Positions 15,973 through 20,000 of a DNA stretch of 20,000 nucleotides are shown here, one piece after another; the stretch's first letter is position 1, and every line of letters starts with the position of its first letter. The stretch spans positions 305,440 through 325,439 of the forward strand of contig NZ_MWQY01000001.1 of assembly GCF_002087085.1 (NCBI RefSeq), read 5' to 3'. The position numbers were made by a program, and so were the translations under genes. A model generated the notes under the pieces. That model was not told the origin of the DNA. It saw nothing but the letters and a program-made list of their open reading frames with translations, and did not search any database.

Positions 15973-17082
15973 TTATTCTCCGATGAACAGTGCGGTAAGC
16001 GTCTGGTTATGGTGAGTAAATAGTTCTTCTCCGTAGGTGTTGAAACCGATGTAGGGAATTGAGGAGAATACCTGGTGAAAATCATCCAGTTTTTCGTCTT
16101 CCCTCATTTCCAGATAGCGGAGAACGCAGTTAAAGAGAATCACTCCCCCGAGGGGACTTACCTGGTCCCTTGCGCTCTGCAGCGCAGCTCTGGCATTAGC
16201 CAGAATGTCTCCCTGTCTGAGGAGGCGCATTTTTGTCCCCGCCTCGATGAAGCAATAGAACTGAAGCCCCTTTCCGTCTATGACAGCGTTCGGGCTGCGG
16301 GTGTATACCGTATCGCCGATTACAACCCCCAGGGGATTTCGTGAAAAATGCATGTGTTCAATTGCTTCCGGTCCTGAAAGCCCCAGCATCCTGGCATAAT
16401 AATCTGCAGCAGGTTCATGGTCTATCTCCCATACCACCCGTTTCTCCGGATCTGCCTGGGTAATGAGAAACTCCTTGTCCGTTGGAAGATAATGAACAAA
16501 GTGGTCGTAGAAAAAGGGGACCTTCATTTTCATGACCGCGACGCACACAGCATCACCGGATATCCGGGAGTCATGGGCGACAAGGGTCTCCGTAAAGGTC
16601 AGTTCGTCCGCGGCGGCTCCTCCAACCAGGGGAAAGGAGAACTTCCTGGCAGTTGAAAACTCCTTCATAACGAGTTCTCCCAGGGCAAGACCGTCGACGA
16701 GAACGATTCCGACATATTCTGCCGGGTTCACGTCGTCCGCAGGCAGCTGCCGGGAAATATCTTCGACGATTTCCTGTGCAGCCTTCCGAGGATCGCCTTT
16801 TACCTGTTCTCTGAACGAGGAAACTGCAAAATCGACCTCCTGTCCCGACAGCGACAGCGCCGTAAATCCCCGTTCCATGGGTCCCTGTGGTCCCCAGCCG
16901 CCGATCATTGATGCACCCAGGCATACGGCTTCGGGGAAGCGGTCTTTGACGCTTGTCTGAATATTCCGGTCCCTGTAGTCGACGGAAAAGAAATACAATA
17001 CAATCCTTGTATCCGGCTGATAAATTGAATCCAGTACATGGGATATGTCGAAATCGGCCGTAGCCGCGCTTAGTACTGCCAT
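15973..17082 (-). CDS. FIST N+C domain sensory protein (NosP-like)
   Basis: FIST-type motifs include YFFSVDY, LGASMIG, GIVLVDGL, VGGAAADELTF, VWEIDHEPAADYY, FNCVLRYL and GFNTYGE...HHNQT. It ends 5 nt before the MCP start. Confidence 0.88.
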   Translation of the reverse strand: MAVLSAATADFDISHVLDSIYQPDTRIVLYFFSVDYRDRNIQTSVKDRFPEAVCLGASMIGGWGPQGPMERGFTALSLSGQEVDFAVSSFREQVKGDPRKAAQEIVEDISRQLPADDVNPAEYVGIVLVDGLALGELVMKEFSTARKFSFPLVGGAAADELTFTETLVAHDSRISGDAVCVAVMKMKVPFFYDHFVHYLPTDKEFLITQADPEKRVVWEIDHEPAADYYARMLGLSGPEAIEHMHFSRNPLGVVIGDTVYTRSPNAVIDGKGLQFYCFIEAGTKMRLLRQGDILANARAALQSARDQVSPLGGVILFNCVLRYLEMREDEKLDDFHQVFSSIPYIGFNTYGEELFTHHNQTLTALFIGE

Positions 17083-17110
17083 TGTTCCTGCACCTGTAAT
17101 ATTCTTTAAG

Positions 17111-17139
17111 ACAATAGTCTATGTGATCGGGAATAACAA
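17111..17139 (-). promoter_or_regulatory. Putative sigma70 promoter of the FIST-MCP pair
   Basis: The minus strand reads TTGTTA (17139-17134), 17 nt, then TATTGT (17116-17111). An AGGA RBS precedes the ATG at 17082. Confidence 0.5.
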
Positions 17140-17223
17140 GAAGTTTTTTATTTGTTTCACAGCCTGATGGTCTATTCTGCGAGGGGCGTGAATGAAAGGT
17201 ATAAGCCGGAGTATACTGAGAGC

Positions 17224-17952
17224 ATGGAACGCAGGGATTTTTCCGGATCAATGACACCGCTGGCAGCAGGTTTTCGCCGCGCCTGCCTGGACCAGCTCTA
17301 TCTGGCGGAACGGGGATACCCCGTCAAGCAGACGGTCAAGCTCATAGGCGACCGCTACCAGTTGAGGGCAGTACAGCGCTCCATCCTGATGCGCGGAGTT
17401 ATTCCTCCCGGCAGTGCCTCCCGGCGCAGGGTAAAACTTTTGTCGCCGGAGGATCTTTCCGGTGCCGAACTGTGGGTCGATGCCAGCAATGTTGTTGTAG
17501 CCGTCGGCAACTATCTCTGCGGAAAGTTCCTCTATATCGCCACCGACGGGCTGCTCCGGGATGCCGCGGAATCCCGGGGGGTATTCAGAAACGACGGGAT
17601 CAGGAAACGGGCGGCAGAGCTGGTTGACGCAGCCCTGTCGGAGCTGGCCCCCGGAAAACTGATACTCTATATTGATGCACCCCTGACACACAGCAGGGAC
17701 CTTGCCCGGGAACTGCGGGCTGGACTCTCCAGACGAAGAGGAGAAACACAGGTTCTGCTGGCAGATCATGCTGATGAGGTACTGAAGCAGGCCCCGGACA
17801 TTGCGTCCAGCGGGGATTCCGAGATTATCGATTCAGTGGACCGGGTTTTTGATCTTACCAGGTTTACTCTGGAAAAAGGTCTGAATGCCCGTTTCCCGGA
17901 CCTTGCGGAGTTTATCGGGGACTCGGATAAGCTCGAAACTGCCCGGAATTAA
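17224..17952 (+). CDS. DUF434 domain protein with a C-terminal PIN/NYN-like (DUF5616-type) region
   Basis: The N-terminus reads DQLYLAERGYP...IGDRYQL...QRSILMRGV. The C-terminal acidic motifs are VDASNV, DGLLRD, YIDAP, ADEVL and SGDSEIID. The start was placed at ATG 17224 because TATACT lies 6 nt upstream. Confidence 0.75.
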   Translation: MERRDFSGSMTPLAAGFRRACLDQLYLAERGYPVKQTVKLIGDRYQLRAVQRSILMRGVIPPGSASRRRVKLLSPEDLSGAELWVDASNVVVAVGNYLCGKFLYIATDGLLRDAAESRGVFRNDGIRKRAAELVDAALSELAPGKLILYIDAPLTHSRDLARELRAGLSRRRGETQVLLADHADEVLKQAPDIASSGDSEIIDSVDRVFDLTRFTLEKGLNARFPDLAEFIGDSDKLETARN

Positions 17953-17966
17953 GCGGTGGATGCCCG

Positions 17967-18407
17967 TTACAGCCGCATCTGAAAACCTGTCTTGCTCTCA
18001 GAATCGAAACCGAGGGATCTATAGAATTCATGGGCTTCCTTACGATTCGCACTGCTCATAAGCATTACCTTGTAGCAGTTGTACCGATGGGCAAGATCGA
18101 TGGCATTCTGCAGCAGCGCCCTGCCATACCCCTTTCGCCGGTAACGCGGGGCGGTAACTACATTTTCTATAAGCATATATGGGCGACGGCTACGGGTCAG
18201 GTTCGGGAGTATCGAGACAACGCAGCTTGCTGTAAGTTCGCTTCCTTCCTCCGCCACCAGAATCCTGTGCATCTCTCCCGCCTGGAGAATTGTGTTCCAG
18301 GTACCTCGGTATTTTTCTGTGTCCGTAAAGTCCTCATCCGGTTGAAGGTGCTGGTATAATCCAAGCACACCCTCCATGTCCTGTCCCCGTGCTTCCCGTA
18401 TCAGCAC
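17967..18407 (-). CDS. GNAT-family N-acetyltransferase
   Basis: IENVVTAPRYRRKGYGRALL (acetyl-CoA motif A) and CYKVMLMS...EAHEFYRSLGF are present. The start overlaps the methyltransferase stop. Confidence 0.92.
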   Translation of the reverse strand: MLIREARGQDMEGVLGLYQHLQPDEDFTDTEKYRGTWNTILQAGEMHRILVAEEGSELTASCVVSILPNLTRSRRPYMLIENVVTAPRYRRKGYGRALLQNAIDLAHRYNCYKVMLMSSANRKEAHEFYRSLGFDSESKTGFQMRL

Positions 18408-19060
18408 TGGTGCTGTTCCTTTTCCGGGTAGATCGGATTGATCTTGAGAGCGAAGAAACAGTTCACCGGTTTTTCGTGGAGTATCTTCTTTTCGATAATT
18501 GTAAAGCCCAGGTTTTGCAGTCTGCTCTCAAATTGTTTCACCGTCAGGAATTCCATGGGCGGAATCAGGCGGATTTTTGACAGGAGACGCAGGAGGAAGC
18601 TCTGCACTGTTTTTTGTTCTCCCAGGCAGTCGCTGGCACACAGCAGCATTCCCGCCGGCCACAGGAGTTTCCTGATCCTGGACAAAGCTGCATCAAGGTC
18701 TGAGGTAAAGTGCAGCACATTGAAGGCAAAGATTACATTGAACTTTCTGGGGTCCAGACGGGGATCGAAGATATCGGTTTTCATAAAATCGACGGCAGCA
18801 CGGTCCAGCTTCTGCACCTTGGTTCTGGCTGCATCGATCATCTTCCCTGAAATATCGATGGCCAGGATCTTCTTAACCCAGGGGGCAAGTTCAACTGTGG
18901 TTATTCCTGTACCGCAGCCCATATCGAGGGCCGTCTGGTTCTGATCCAGATATTTTTTGCTCAGTTCGACGGTATCCCGGTATGCCCTGCGGTAGATTTT
19001 ATCCACCTGGACATCGTAATGGGAGGCCATTCTGTCCCAGAATTTCTGCCATGATTTCAC
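18401..19060 (-). CDS. Class I SAM-dependent methyltransferase
   Basis: FWDRMASHY, LDMGCGTG, AIDISGKMI, FNVIFAFNVLHF and LLWPAG motifs are present. The start was placed at the in-frame GTG at 19060 from promoter geometry (the track gives TTG 19078). Confidence 0.88.
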   Translation of the reverse strand: MKSWQKFWDRMASHYDVQVDKIYRRAYRDTVELSKKYLDQNQTALDMGCGTGITTVELAPWVKKILAIDISGKMIDAARTKVQKLDRAAVDFMKTDIFDPRLDPRKFNVIFAFNVLHFTSDLDAALSRIRKLLWPAGMLLCASDCLGEQKTVQSFLLRLLSKIRLIPPMEFLTVKQFESRLQNLGFTIIEKKILHEKPVNCFFALKINPIYPEKEQHQC

Positions 19061-19066
19061 CAGATC

Positions 19067-19095
19067 ATTATCCGGCAAGGGTAAGGTTTTTTCAA
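19067..19095 (-). promoter_or_regulatory. Sigma70-type promoter of the methyltransferase-GNAT pair, predicted leaderless
   Basis: The minus strand reads TTGAAA (19095-19090), 17 nt, GATAAT (19072-19067), 6 nt, then GTG (19060). Confidence 0.6.
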
Positions 19096-19109
19096 CAGAA
19101 AATTATTTC

Positions 19110-19138
19110 TTGTCTCCGTAAGTAAATGGGCCTATGAT
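19110..19138 (+). promoter_or_regulatory. Putative sigma70 promoter of the last membrane-protein gene
   Basis: TTGTCT (19110-19115), 17 nt, then TATGAT (19133-19138). An AGGAGG RBS precedes the ATG at 19175. Confidence 0.55.
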
Positions 19139-19174
19139 AGTAGTAGAGTACACAAGCTTTTTAGGAGGCAGAGT

Positions 19175-19915
19175 ATGAGTATAAGTAAAATATTCAAGGA
19201 AAGTCTGGCGATCGCCAGGGGGAACCCCCTTATTTTCATTCCGATGCTCCTGGCGAGTATCTTTTCCGCCCTTGTGGGGCTGATCTTCGTCGGATCCGCA
19301 GTGCCCATGATGCATGGATTGTCCGCCGATCAGATCGCCGCCAATCCTGAACAGGCCCTGGCCGGAGCGGGCGCAGCTGCAGGTGGCATGCTCCTGTTCA
19401 GTATCATCAGCGGCCTGGTCGGACTGCTCACGCACAGCATGACCGTTGGAATGGCGGACATGGCTTTTCAGGGAGAAAAGGCCACCCTTAAAAACGGATG
19501 GGCCAGGATCGTCTCCCGGATTGTCCCGGTTCTCATCGCATCCATTTTGATGGGGATCATTATCGGTCTGGGCATGATATTCCTCGTGCTTCCCGGGATT
19601 ATTCTGGCATTCTTCCTGATGTTCACCCTTATTGCGGTTGTTGTCAGCAATCTCGGCGCTTTTCAGGCCATCGGACGCAGCTTCAGCACGGTGGGTAAAA
19701 ACTTTGGCGCAACCTTTATCACCTTTCTTATTATAATCGGCCTGGCAATTCTTACGGGACTTCTCAACTTCATAATCAGCCTGATTCCCTTTCTGGGAGT
19801 AGTCCTCTCCATGATTGTCTTTGCCATATTTACCGGCTTCGTGACCATTTTTCTTGTACGGGTGTACCAGGAGATGGACCTTTCAAGCGATACATCTCCG
19901 GAGGTTGAAGCCTGA
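19175..19915 (+). CDS. Polytopic membrane protein (GDPD-membrane-domain/DUF975/YciC-like), function unknown
   Basis: It has about six hydrophobic segments, an IFLVLPGII motif, a GAFQAIGRSFSTVGKNF motif and a strong AGGAGG RBS. Confidence 0.75.
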   Translation: MSISKIFKESLAIARGNPLIFIPMLLASIFSALVGLIFVGSAVPMMHGLSADQIAANPEQALAGAGAAAGGMLLFSIISGLVGLLTHSMTVGMADMAFQGEKATLKNGWARIVSRIVPVLIASILMGIIIGLGMIFLVLPGIILAFFLMFTLIAVVVSNLGAFQAIGRSFSTVGKNFGATFITFLIIIGLAILTGLLNFIISLIPFLGVVLSMIVFAIFTGFVTIFLVRVYQEMDLSSDTSPEVEA

Positions 19916-19943
19916 AGCAGCATTCGACGGAGGAACAAACATC

Positions 19944-19980
19944 AGGGGGCTGTCTAAGAAGAATCTTAGTCAGCTCCTTT
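19944..19980 (+). terminator. Intrinsic terminator hairpin
   Basis: GGGGCTGTCTAAGA-AGAA-TCTTAGTCAGCTCC forms a 14-position stem with one mismatch, followed by TTT. Confidence 0.65.
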
Positions 19981-20000
19981 ACTATTTTGGGAGTGAGGGT

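Noticed and set aside
16571..17257. 228-aa minus-strand ORF overlapping the FIST gene in another frame
   Set aside because: It has a low-complexity Arg/Cys-rich composition, and the FIST frame has clear family motifs.
19944..20000. Possible IS terminal inverted repeat at the window end
   Set aside because: It is explained as a terminator hairpin, and no transposase is visible in the window.

Overview
A gene-dense bacterial chromosome segment, most likely from a free-living Spirochaetaceae-type spirochaete. This is inferred from the 'LFAEGQQD'-type signal end of the first solute-binding protein and is not proven. From left to right the window holds: a 5'-truncated ChoX/ProX-like binding protein; an operon of a fused double-DUF1538 membrane protein, a protein with three PII-like domains and a split UxaA/SuyAB-family dehydratase; a TPR-SpoIID protein; aroQ; a minus-strand operon ydhY-ydhV-ydhW-fdhD-tatC-tatB-tatA; a PGPGW protein; a standalone FliG-C-like protein; a FIST(NosP) plus soluble chemoreceptor pair; DUF434; a GNAT; a SAM methyltransferase; and a membrane protein. 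The tatA gene is missing from the ORF track. The most notable signals are: (1) a P3-less (tungsten-type) Moco RNA motif in the ydhY leader whose 3' part can instead pair with the ydhY ribosome-binding site, which suggests a cofactor-activated ON switch; (2) that switch heads a self-contained operon for an AOR-family enzyme with its own Tat translocase and an FdhD lacking the cysteine loop; (3) five genes share a -10 box, exactly 6 nt, then the start codon, which points to frequent leaderless mRNAs; (4) a single-chain triple-PII protein is coupled to a DUF1538 transporter. No CRISPR array, rRNA, tRNA or transposase was seen.
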